The notes under the pieces were generated by a model. It ran no database searches. It had not been told where the DNA came from and was given only the letters and a program-made list of their open reading frames with translations. Below are positions 55,923-64,000 of a stretch of DNA of 64,000 nucleotides, one piece after another. The stretch spans positions 1,728,001 through 1,792,000 of the forward strand of contig OZ245842.1 in NCBI GenBank assembly GCA_965228895.1. Direction: 5' to 3'. The position numbers and the translations under genes were made by a program. Numbering within the stretch: the first letter of the stretch is position 1; each line of letters opens with the position of its first letter. Source of the stretch: Alphaproteobacteria bacterium. GTDB taxonomy: Bacteria; Pseudomonadota; Alphaproteobacteria; SP197.

Positions 55923-56435
55923 CTAGCAGCCCGATTGGTCGCGGCTGCCATCCGGCATCACCGTCTGACAGAGAATGGCGCCGGCCAACGCGCCGGCGTC
56001 AAGCGTTGCGCCCTTCAGTTCGGCGAAGCTCAGGTCGGCGCCTTCCAGGTTGACGCCGCTCAGATTGGCGTCGTTCAGGATTGTCCCTTCCATGCCCGCG
56101 AAGGTCATATCGGCACCGGTAAGATTGGCGCCGGTCATGTCGGCGCCACCGACGTTGGCGTTCGCGAGATCGGCGTTGGAGAGGTCGGCGCCCACCAGGT
56201 TGGTGTAGATCAGATCGGCGCCGGTGAAGTCGGTCGCCCGCAAGTTGGCCTGGGCCAGGTCGGCGCCAGGCAGGTAGGCGCCGGTCAGGTTCTCGCCGCT
56301 CAGGTCGACGCCAGTCAGGTCACATTTCTTGCACTTACCCTCGCTCAACAGCAGGCGCTCGTCACCAATATCGTAACCAAACGCCGGTGCGGCCGCAAAG
56401 CCGATCACCACCCAAACCGCCAGAAGAAGTCGCAT
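55923..56435 (-). CDS. exported pentapeptide-repeat protein
   Basis: Signal peptide; CKKC; tandem A(D/N)Lxx repeats; C-terminal LCQTVMPDG...C. Confidence 0.9.
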   Translation of the reverse strand: MRLLLAVWVVIGFAAAPAFGYDIGDERLLLSEGKCKKCDLTGVDLSGENLTGAYLPGADLAQANLRATDFTGADLIYTNLVGADLSNADLANANVGGADMTGANLTGADMTFAGMEGTILNDANLSGVNLEGADLSFAELKGATLDAGALAGAILCQTVMPDGSRDQSGC

Positions 56436-56762
56436 TGGTACCCTCGGAGATGGTTGTTGCCGGTAAACCGGCAGCGTTGGCCTTCACGTGCTACGCCAAG
56501 CGCCGGTGTCCTCCCCATGGGCGCAAGGCTAAACGACCCCTCACGATTTCGCCACAGTTGGCAATGATTCAGAAATCAACGTGATTTCAACTGGTTACGC
56601 GAATGGGGATGACACGGTTATCTGATTGAGGTTGCGCCGTGACCTCGCTCGGGCGCAAAGCCATCTCATCAATTCACAAGGCCGGGCAACCTTGCCTATA
56701 GTGCCGCCGACCGCCACATCACTACGGAAGCGGCCGTTCGTGCCGCGCCAAGGAGGATTTCC

Positions 56763-58220
56763 ATGCAACTCAGCGACCCCACCCTGTTCCGCCAGCAGTG
56801 CTATATCGACGGCGCGTGGTGTGACGCCGATTCGGGCGAGACCATCGATGTGCGCAACCCGGCCAATGGCGAGACGCTGGGCACGATCCCGCGCATGGGC
56901 GCGGCCGAAACGCGCCGCGCGATCGAGGCGGCCGAGAAGGCCATGGTCGACTGGCGCGCCAAGACGGCCAAGGAACGCGCGGGCATCCTGCGCAAGTGGT
57001 TCGACCTGATGATGGAAAATCAGGAAGATCTGGCCGTCATGATGACCATGGAGCAGGGCAAGCCGCTTGCCGAGGCGCGCGGCGAGATCGCTTATGCCGC
57101 CTCGTTCATCGAGTGGTTCGCCGAGGAAGGCAAGCGCATCTATGGCGAAACCATCCCGACCCACATGTCCGACCGGCGGATCGTGGTTCTCAAAGAGCCG
57201 ATCGGTGTTGTCGGCGCGATTACGCCGTGGAACTTCCCGTCGGCCATGATCACCCGCAAGGCCGGCCCGGCGCTTGCCGCGGGCTGCACATTTGTCGGAA
57301 AGCCCGCGACCGAGACACCGTATTCGGCCTTTGCGCTGTGCGAGCTGGCCGAGCGTGCCGGTATTCCCAAGGGTGTGATCAACATTCTGTCCGGCAAGTC
57401 GAGCGAGATCGGCGAGGAGCTGACCAAGAACCCGATCGTTCGCAAGATCACCTTCACCGGCTCGACCTCGATCGGCAAGAAACTGATGGAGCAGGCCTCG
57501 TCGACCGTCAAAAAGGTCACCATGGAACTCGGCGGCAACGCGCCGTTCATTGTTTTCGAAGATGCCGACATGGAGGCTGCGGTCGAGAATGCGATCGCGT
57601 GCAAGTTCCGCAACATGGGCCAGACCTGCGTTTGCGCCAACCGCATCTATGTGCAGTCGGGCGTCTACGACGAGTTTGCCGAGAAGTTCGCCGATAAGGT
57701 CAAGACCATGAAGGTCGGCAACGGCCTGGACGATGGGGTCGTGCAGGGCCCGTTGATCAATTCGGCGGCGATCGACAAGGTCGAGGAGCATCTGGACGAC
57801 GCCACCGGAAAGGGCGCGCGCGTCTTGACCGGCGGCAAACGGCACGAACTCGGCGGCACGTTCTATGAGCCGACCGTGGTCGCTGACGTCGACACGCAGA
57901 TGATGGTGGCGCGCGACGAAACCTTCGGGCCCCTGGCGCCGCTGTTCCGCTTCGAGACGGAAGACGAGGCGATCCAGCTCGCCAACGACACAGAGTTTGG
58001 CCTGGCGTCTTACTTCTTCAGCCGCGACATGGGCCGTATCTGGCGGGTCTCCGAAGGCCTTGAGTACGGCATCGTCGGCGTCAACACCGGCATCATTTCG
58101 ACCGAGGTCGCACCGTTCGGCGGCGTCAAGGAATCGGGCATCGGACGCGAAGGCAGCCATATTGGGATCGAGGAGTATGTCGAGACCAAGTATGTTTGCA
58201 TGGCGGGCGTGAACGGCTGA
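56763..58220 (+). CDS. gabD: NAD(P)-dependent succinate-semialdehyde dehydrogenase
   Basis: ITPWNFPSAMITRK, FTGST, ELGGNAP, KFRNMGQTCVCANR, ETFGP, PFGGVKESG; AGGAGG RBS. Confidence 0.93.
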   Translation: MQLSDPTLFRQQCYIDGAWCDADSGETIDVRNPANGETLGTIPRMGAAETRRAIEAAEKAMVDWRAKTAKERAGILRKWFDLMMENQEDLAVMMTMEQGKPLAEARGEIAYAASFIEWFAEEGKRIYGETIPTHMSDRRIVVLKEPIGVVGAITPWNFPSAMITRKAGPALAAGCTFVGKPATETPYSAFALCELAERAGIPKGVINILSGKSSEIGEELTKNPIVRKITFTGSTSIGKKLMEQASSTVKKVTMELGGNAPFIVFEDADMEAAVENAIACKFRNMGQTCVCANRIYVQSGVYDEFAEKFADKVKTMKVGNGLDDGVVQGPLINSAAIDKVEEHLDDATGKGARVLTGGKRHELGGTFYEPTVVADVDTQMMVARDETFGPLAPLFRFETEDEAIQLANDTEFGLASYFFSRDMGRIWRVSEGLEYGIVGVNTGIISTEVAPFGGVKESGIGREGSHIGIEEYVETKYVCMAGVNG

Positions 58221-59215
58221 CCGATACGACAACCCATAACCCGACGGTGTCGGCGGCTGAGAGCGCCGGCGCCGTCGCGGTCGCCGACCCAGATGTCGTC
58301 GGGGTCGAGGACCTGGTTTTCGATTACCCGACCCAGCGCGCGCTCTACGGCGTCTCGTTTGAGGTGACCAAAGGCAGCGTGACGGCGCTGGTCGGGCCCA
58401 ATGGCGCTGGCAAGACGACGCTGATGCGGTGTATGGCCGCACTCGAGACGCCGTTCACGGGGCGCGTCACGATTGGCGGCGAGGACGTCCATGAGGATCC
58501 CCGCGCCAGCCACCGGCATATCGGTTATCTCTCCGACTTTTTCGGCCTCTATGACGATCTGACCGTCAGCCAGTGTCTTCGTCACGCCGCTGCCATGCAC
58601 GGCTTGAGCCGGGCCGAGGAACGTGCGGCGGTCGACCGGGCCGTTGATCTGCTGGACCTCAAGGATCTCGCCGCAAAAAAGGCCGGCGAAATGTCGCGCG
58701 GCCAGCGCCAGCGCCTGGGTATCGCGCAGGCGATCATTCATGATCCGCCGATGGTGCTGTTGGACGAGCCGGCCTCGGGCCTCGATCCGCTTGCGCGCCA
58801 GTCCTTGTCGGCGCTGTTGTTGCGACTGCGCGAGCGCGGCATGACACTGATCGTCTCGTCGCACATCCTGGCCGAGCTCGAAGACTATTCGAGCCACGCC
58901 TTGGTCCTTGACCAAGGTCGCCTGGTCGACCACCGGGCGCTGACCGGCGAAACCAGCCATGTGCGCCTTCGCCTGGATGTCGTCGAAAGCAACAATGCGC
59001 TCGTGGCCTTTCTGAAGGCGCGCAGCGGTATTGACGAGCTGGTTCTGGATGACGGCGGCGCGACGTTTCGCGCCTTGCGTGACGTCGGATTCCGCCGTGA
59101 TCTGCTGCGCGACCTCATCGGCGTCGGCGTGCCGGTCATTGGCCTTAGGGAAGAGGCGCTCGGCCTGCGTGAGCTCTATCGCGAGGTCGCATCGGGCAAG
59201 GAAGCGGGCTCATGA
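58196..59215 (+). CDS. ABC transporter ATP-binding protein (ABC-2/DrrA-type exporter); true start probably further downstream
   Basis: GPNGAGKTT, MSRGQRQR, LLDEPASGLDP, SSHILAEL. Confidence 0.9.
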   Translation: MHGGRERLTDTTTHNPTVSAAESAGAVAVADPDVVGVEDLVFDYPTQRALYGVSFEVTKGSVTALVGPNGAGKTTLMRCMAALETPFTGRVTIGGEDVHEDPRASHRHIGYLSDFFGLYDDLTVSQCLRHAAAMHGLSRAEERAAVDRAVDLLDLKDLAAKKAGEMSRGQRQRLGIAQAIIHDPPMVLLDEPASGLDPLARQSLSALLLRLRERGMTLIVSSHILAELEDYSSHALVLDQGRLVDHRALTGETSHVRLRLDVVESNNALVAFLKARSGIDELVLDDGGATFRALRDVGFRRDLLRDLIGVGVPVIGLREEALGLRELYREVASGKEAGS

Positions 59216-60690
59216 GGCTCAATCCGGAGTTTCGCCGCTATATGTGGATGGAGCTGTCGCCATTCCGCGTCATCGGCATGCCGGTGGTACTGGGCGGCAT
59301 CTTCCTGTTGGCCGGTATCGCGACGCACGAAAGCGGTGAGCCCGCCGGCGGAACCGACATGTACGAAACCCTTGTCGGCACCGCCATTGTCGCGGCCATC
59401 TTGATCACGCTCTTTTGGAGCACACGCCTTGCGGCCAGCGCCCTGGTCCAGGAGGTCGCCGACAAGACATGGGACGCGCAGCGCCTGTCGTCACTCGGTC
59501 CCTGGGGCATGACCTGGGGCAAGCTGCTCGGCAGTACCGTCTATGCCTGGTACGGGACTGCCCTCGCACTTGCCGTCATGGCCGTCTCGTTCGCCATGTG
59601 GGACAGCATCAACGGTGGCGTCGCGCGCGCCTTCGGCACCGATGTCGGTGTTGTCATCGTGCAGTCGATCATCGGTGTGGTCGCCTTTGGCGTCATGGTG
59701 CAGGCGACCGCGCTCGTCGCCGCCTTAACCGCCATGCATCAGCGTGAGACGACGCGTCGTTTTGACGTCAGTCTCGCCCAATTCGCCGCGCTGGTCGTCG
59801 CGATCGTCGTGTCGTCCATGTTGGACCGCTATATCGACGGACCCGCAGTCTGGTACGGCCAGGCCGTCGATGGCCGCTGGTTTGCCGTGGTCAGCGTCGT
59901 CGTGTTCGCGCTGTGGGCTGTGATCGGCGTGTGGCGGCGTATGCAGATTGAACTTCAGGTCCGCACCTTGCCCTGGGTGTGGCCGGTCTTTGTGATTTTC
60001 GTCGCCGCATGGATGACCGGCCTTGCATGGCCGGAGCGTATCACCGGCACCTATCGCTATGTCTTCCCGATTGTCTTCGGCGCCGTCATCATCATCTTTG
60101 CGAGTTATGTGCCCGCACTCTTCGAACGGCTTGATCCCGTCCGCATCCGTCACCTGCTGGCGTCGATGCGAGCCGGCCGGTTTGCCAGCGTGCTGGCCGA
60201 TGCGCCGTTGTGGTTGATCAACCATGGGGTCGCGCTGATCGCCGTCGCCGCGACGACGGTCTACATCGTGACGCTGCCGAACGAGGATGCCGCGGCCACG
60301 GAATTCCAGATGTGGGTCAGCGACGGCACGACCATGGCGACGGTGGCCGGCACACTCATCGCGCTCTTCCTGTTCGTGACACGCGATCTACTGCTCTTGA
60401 CCTATGCCTATTTGGGACAGACGACACGGCGCGCGGTCGCGGGCTGGCTAATTTGGCTTGCGGTGCTTTACTTGCTGATTCCGGCCATTCTGTCGGGGCT
60501 CGGCATGTTCTCGCTGTTGCCGGTCTTCGTGCCGATCTGGGATGTGCCGTTCGTCGATTTCGCCGTGCCGCCGGTCGTCTGGCCGTTGATCCACATCGCG
60601 GTCGTCGCCGTCCTGCTCACCTTGCGCTGGCGGCGTTTCAGCAGCGACCGTATTACCGCACAACCAGGGACAGCAGGTCAGGCGTCGTAA
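59212..60690 (+). CDS. large multi-pass membrane protein, probable ABC exporter permease
   Basis: ATGA overlap with the ATPase; NPEFRR..W.E and EVADKTWD.QRLS...WGKLLG (ABC-2-like loop); about 12 TMs. Confidence 0.75.
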   Translation: MRLNPEFRRYMWMELSPFRVIGMPVVLGGIFLLAGIATHESGEPAGGTDMYETLVGTAIVAAILITLFWSTRLAASALVQEVADKTWDAQRLSSLGPWGMTWGKLLGSTVYAWYGTALALAVMAVSFAMWDSINGGVARAFGTDVGVVIVQSIIGVVAFGVMVQATALVAALTAMHQRETTRRFDVSLAQFAALVVAIVVSSMLDRYIDGPAVWYGQAVDGRWFAVVSVVVFALWAVIGVWRRMQIELQVRTLPWVWPVFVIFVAAWMTGLAWPERITGTYRYVFPIVFGAVIIIFASYVPALFERLDPVRIRHLLASMRAGRFASVLADAPLWLINHGVALIAVAATTVYIVTLPNEDAAATEFQMWVSDGTTMATVAGTLIALFLFVTRDLLLLTYAYLGQTTRRAVAGWLIWLAVLYLLIPAILSGLGMFSLLPVFVPIWDVPFVDFAVPPVVWPLIHIAVVAVLLTLRWRRFSSDRITAQPGTAGQAS

Positions 60691-61625
60691 TCGACCGGTG
60701 TCGTGTGCCAGCCTTCGTCGTGTTTGGCCCAATAGGTTTCGTGAAGCCGCATGGTGACGGGTCCCGGTTTGCCGTTGGACAAAATGCGATCGTCGATCTG
60801 GCTGATCGGCATGATGCCGCCGGCGGTCGACGCCATGAAGATTTCGTCGGCGTCGAGCAACTGATCTTTGGTAATGTGATCGTTGCGGTTGGCAATGCCG
60901 AGCAGGTCGCAGAGTTCGTGGACGGACTGGCGGGTCACGCCTTCCAGCGCACCGTGCACGGGGCTGACCACGCAGCCGTCGATGACGGCGAAGACATTGG
61001 CGCCCGGACACTCCGCCACATAACCATCGGGGCCGATCAGGACGGCATAATCGGCGCCGCTGTCCTCGACCTCGAACAGGGCATTGGTGAAATCGCCCCA
61101 GTGATAGTTCTTGATGGTCGGGTCGACGGAATGACGTGCGATGCGCGGCACTTCCGAGACAATCATACGTCCGCCGGTTTCCTGCATCTCCGGCTTCATG
61201 ATCCAGACGAACGGGATGGCATAGCAAACCAATTGGTTGTTGCCCTTGAAGTTGCTGGGCAGGCGCTTGGGCCATGACGGGTCGGGCACGCCACGCGTCA
61301 TGACCATGGCGACATAGGCGTCCTTGAGGCCGGAGCGCTGCACGCAGCCCATAAGGATGTCGCGCAAGCCATCGCGGTCGACCGGCATCTCCATACGCAG
61401 ACCCTTCACCGAGTTCTCGAAGCGGGTGAGGTGGTCTTCCATGCGGAAGAAGGCGCCATGCCAGACATGGACGACGTCGTAGGTGACGTCCGAGCGCACA
61501 AATCCCCAGTCGAAGACGGAGACCTTGGCGTCAGCCGCCGGCACGAACGCGCCGTCGACCCATGCTGCCCCCTTCGACCAGTCAACGGTGGGCTCGCTCG
61601 TATGTGGTTTCTCGACCGCTGCCAT
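60678..61625 (-). CDS. fold-type IV PLP aminotransferase, (R)-amine transaminase-like
   Basis: DWGFVRSDVTYDV, FFRMEDHLTR, AYVAMVMTRG, DPTIKNYHWGD, LEGVTR, STAGG; GGAGG RBS. Confidence 0.9.
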   Translation of the reverse strand: MAAVEKPHTSEPTVDWSKGAAWVDGAFVPAADAKVSVFDWGFVRSDVTYDVVHVWHGAFFRMEDHLTRFENSVKGLRMEMPVDRDGLRDILMGCVQRSGLKDAYVAMVMTRGVPDPSWPKRLPSNFKGNNQLVCYAIPFVWIMKPEMQETGGRMIVSEVPRIARHSVDPTIKNYHWGDFTNALFEVEDSGADYAVLIGPDGYVAECPGANVFAVIDGCVVSPVHGALEGVTRQSVHELCDLLGIANRNDHITKDQLLDADEIFMASTAGGIMPISQIDDRILSNGKPGPVTMRLHETYWAKHDEGWHTTPVDYDA

Positions 61626-61736
61626 CAAATCCTCCGACTCCAGATTGCGCCGGTATTCTAAGGCCGGACTGGTCGTGATGTCAGGTCCACGGACAACTGG
61701 CCGGTTTCCTGATCAATCGTTACTGTCATCTTTGTC

Positions 61737-62690
61737 ATGGACGCGCACAGTTCAAAAAAGGTCATCTATGCCGCGCTCGCCGGCAACTCGTTGATCGCGA
61801 TCACCAAGTTCTCGGCGGCGATGTGGACCGGCAGCTCGGCCATGTTGAGCGAGTCCGTTCATTCGCTGGTCGATACCGGCAACCAGGGCCTCTTGCTCCA
61901 CGGCATGAAAAGGGCGGACCGTCCGGCCGACAACACCCATCCGTTCGGTTACGGCATGGAGCTCTATTTCTGGGCTTTTGTCGTCGCGATCCTGATCTTT
62001 GTCGGTGGTGCGGCGATCTCTATCTATGAGGGCATCCACAAGATCCAGTACCCCGAGGTGTTGAAGGATGCCTACATCAACTACATCGTCCTGGGCGTCG
62101 CCATGGTGTTCGAGGCGGGCGCGTGGTGGGTCGCCTATCGCGAATTCGACCGCCAGCGCGGCAAGATGTCGTTATGGCGTGCGGTCCGGCGCAGCAAAGA
62201 CCCGACGGTCTTCACCGTTCTGTTCGAAGACACCGCCGCCATGCTCGGCTTGATTGTTGCCATGATCGGTATCGCGCTTGCGGACATTCTAGGGATGCCG
62301 GTGCTGGACGGTGTCGCGTCGATCGGTATCGGCATCATTCTGGCGGCGACCGCCGTCCTGCTCGCCTATGAGTGCAAGGGCCTTCTGGTCGGCGAGGCGG
62401 CCAGCCCGGAGACGCAGGAGAACATCCGCAGATTGATTGCGCGCCAGCGCGGCATCTACCGGGTCAACGAAGTGCTGACCATGCATATGGGCCCGGGCGA
62501 TATCCTGGTGAACATCAGCGTCGACTTCGACGACAGCCTGGACTCCGCCGATGTCGAGGAGGTGATCACCAACATGGAAACGAGCTTGATGCAGCATAAC
62601 CCGGAGATCACGCGGGTCTTCATCGAGGCCCAGAACTGGGCCGCCCATCGCCGGCGCTGGCGCCGTTCCGGCGATCACCGCGACGACTAG
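61737..62690 (+). CDS. cation diffusion facilitator (CDF) transporter
   Basis: TGSSAMLSESVHSLVD, HPFGYG.E.YFW, VLFEDTAA, LTMHMGP, VFIE. Confidence 0.92.
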   Translation: MDAHSSKKVIYAALAGNSLIAITKFSAAMWTGSSAMLSESVHSLVDTGNQGLLLHGMKRADRPADNTHPFGYGMELYFWAFVVAILIFVGGAAISIYEGIHKIQYPEVLKDAYINYIVLGVAMVFEAGAWWVAYREFDRQRGKMSLWRAVRRSKDPTVFTVLFEDTAAMLGLIVAMIGIALADILGMPVLDGVASIGIGIILAATAVLLAYECKGLLVGEAASPETQENIRRLIARQRGIYRVNEVLTMHMGPGDILVNISVDFDDSLDSADVEEVITNMETSLMQHNPEITRVFIEAQNWAAHRRRWRRSGDHRDD

Positions 62691-64000
62691 TCGATCCTCA
62701 ACCTCGCGTCAGCCTCGCGCGCGGTTTGCCGCAGTAGGGCTATCATGTGATCGATGCCGTCCTGGGTCAGCCTGTGGTTGACAAAGCACGGCCTGAAGCA
62801 GCGCCGGCCGTTGAGGTCGGTGCCTGTGATCAAGCCGTCGCCGGCCCGCTGGATGATCCGCTCGGTTTCTTCGTTCAGGCGATCAAGGTAGCCGTTGTCC
62901 GGCGTGCTTCTTCTGAGGTCCGGCGGCACGTAGCGAAAGCAGCAGACGCTGAGCGACGGTCTGACCATCAGCTCCAGATCATCGGATGCCTGGATCATGC
63001 TTGCCAGGCGCTGGGTCATCGCCAGGTGCTCGTCGACCATGGTGCGCAAACCTGCGAAACCGATCTGTTTGATGGCAACCCAGACCTTCAGCGCGCGGTC
63101 ACCGCGCGTCAGCTCCCAGCCGTGGTGCCAGTGGTCGTGGACATCGTGGCCGTCGGCCATGCGCAGATATTCCGGCACCAACGTGAAGGCGCGTGACAGA
63201 ACGTCCCATGATCGCACGAGCACACAGCCGGCCTCGTAGGGCACGTTGAGCCATTTGTGTGGATCGACCGCCATGGAGTCAGCGCGTTCCAGACCTTTGA
63301 AGAGCGGACGTGTGGCCGGACTGAGCGCGGCAACTGCCCCATAGGCGCCGTCGATGTGAAACCAGAGGTCACGGCGTGCGGCGAGGTCGGCGAGGGCGCC
63401 AAGGTCGTCGACCGCGCCGGTGTTGGTCGTGCCGGCGTTGGCGATGATGCAGAACGGCTTGTGACCGGTTTTTTCGTCCTCAGTGATCGCGTCTTCCATA
63501 AGGTCAACGCGAACTCTGAAGTCCTCATCAACATCGATACGCCGCAGTCCGCTCGAACCCATGCCCATCAAACGGGCGGCTTGATCGAGACAGGCATGGG
63601 TCTGCGTCGAGCCGTAGGCGGTGAGTGGGGCGTGGTTGGCGATGCCGTCCTCGCGCACATCCCAATCGGCTTTTGCGACGCGCGCGGCAGCCAGCGCCAT
63701 GAGATTGGCGCCGGTGCCGCCGGTCGCCATGTAGCCGGCCGCGTTGTCGCCGAAACCCAGCATCTCACCCAGCCAGCGCACGACCGTCACTTCGACCTCT
63801 GTCGATCCCGGCGTCAGCGTCCAGGTGTAGGGATAAAGCCTGAGCGAGGCGACCAAGCCCTCGACCAGACCGGGCAGGGCGAGCGCCGAGGACGAGACAT
63901 AGGACATCAGCCGGGGATGGCAGTAGTTGGCGGAAGCCGGCAGCAACTCGTCGCGGATCAGATTCAGGATTGCGTCGGCGTCCATGCCGTCTTCCGGCGG
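62687..64000 (-). CDS. pyridoxal-dependent (group II) decarboxylase, 5' end probably beyond window
   Basis: HPRLMSY, TGGTGAN, AGTTNTGAVD, HIDGAYG, PLP-lysine motif DPHKWL; frame open to the window edge. Confidence 0.92.
   Translation of the reverse strand, partial: PPEDGMDADAILNLIRDELLPASANYCHPRLMSYVSSSALALPGLVEGLVASLRLYPYTWTLTPGSTEVEVTVVRWLGEMLGFGDNAAGYMATGGTGANLMALAAARVAKADWDVREDGIANHAPLTAYGSTQTHACLDQAARLMGMGSSGLRRIDVDEDFRVRVDLMEDAITEDEKTGHKPFCIIANAGTTNTGAVDDLGALADLAARRDLWFHIDGAYGAVAALSPATRPLFKGLERADSMAVDPHKWLNVPYEAGCVLVRSWDVLSRAFTLVPEYLRMADGHDVHDHWHHGWELTRGDRALKVWVAIKQIGFAGLRTMVDEHLAMTQRLASMIQASDDLELMVRPSLSVCCFRYVPPDLRRSTPDNGYLDRLNEETERIIQRAGDGLITGTDLNGRRCFRPCFVNHRLTQDGIDHMIALLRQTAREADARLRID

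Noticed and set aside
55870-55930. Tn7 insertion at attTn7 (glmS 3' end)
   Set aside because: The glmS stop is followed within 10 bp by the convergent pentapeptide gene; no Tn7 end or tns genes are present, so the site is empty.
55980-56320. Regularly spaced short repeats suggesting a CRISPR array or tandem repeat
   Set aside because: The 15-nt periodicity is explained by pentapeptide-repeat coding; there is no identical-repeat/unique-spacer pattern and no cas gene.

Overview
High-GC bacterial chromosome segment, most consistent with an Alphaproteobacterium (gph-glmU-glmS synteny, DUF1127/LysR pair, RIME-like intergenic hairpins, TTGACA-N17-CTATAT tRNA promoter). It is densely coding (about 60 CDS) and dominated by catabolic and transport genes: a polyamine-type ABC operon, an agmatinase-family enzyme, SDRs, enoyl-CoA hydratases, two TauD dioxygenases, a P450 unit, two molybdopterin oxidoreductases, a GMC oxidoreductase, gabD and a fold-IV transaminase. 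Housekeeping genes are typA, glmU, glmS, gph and one tRNA-Val(CAC). I found no CRISPR array, rRNA, transposase or integrase. The most striking observation is a stand-alone gene (40225-41076, minus) whose product combines a twin-arginine (Tat) export signal with only the catalytic core of an alanyl-tRNA synthetase, i.e. an apparently exported aminoacyl-tRNA synthetase paralog. Other leads: an A/T-ending codon patch inside glmU, a hairpin repeat family that supplies the stop codons of neighbouring genes, a stand-alone Ada-like Cys protein, a predicted (R)-selective amine transaminase, an unannotated 53-aa membrane protein and two TetR operator palindromes. All family calls come from motif recognition by eye; no searches were run.
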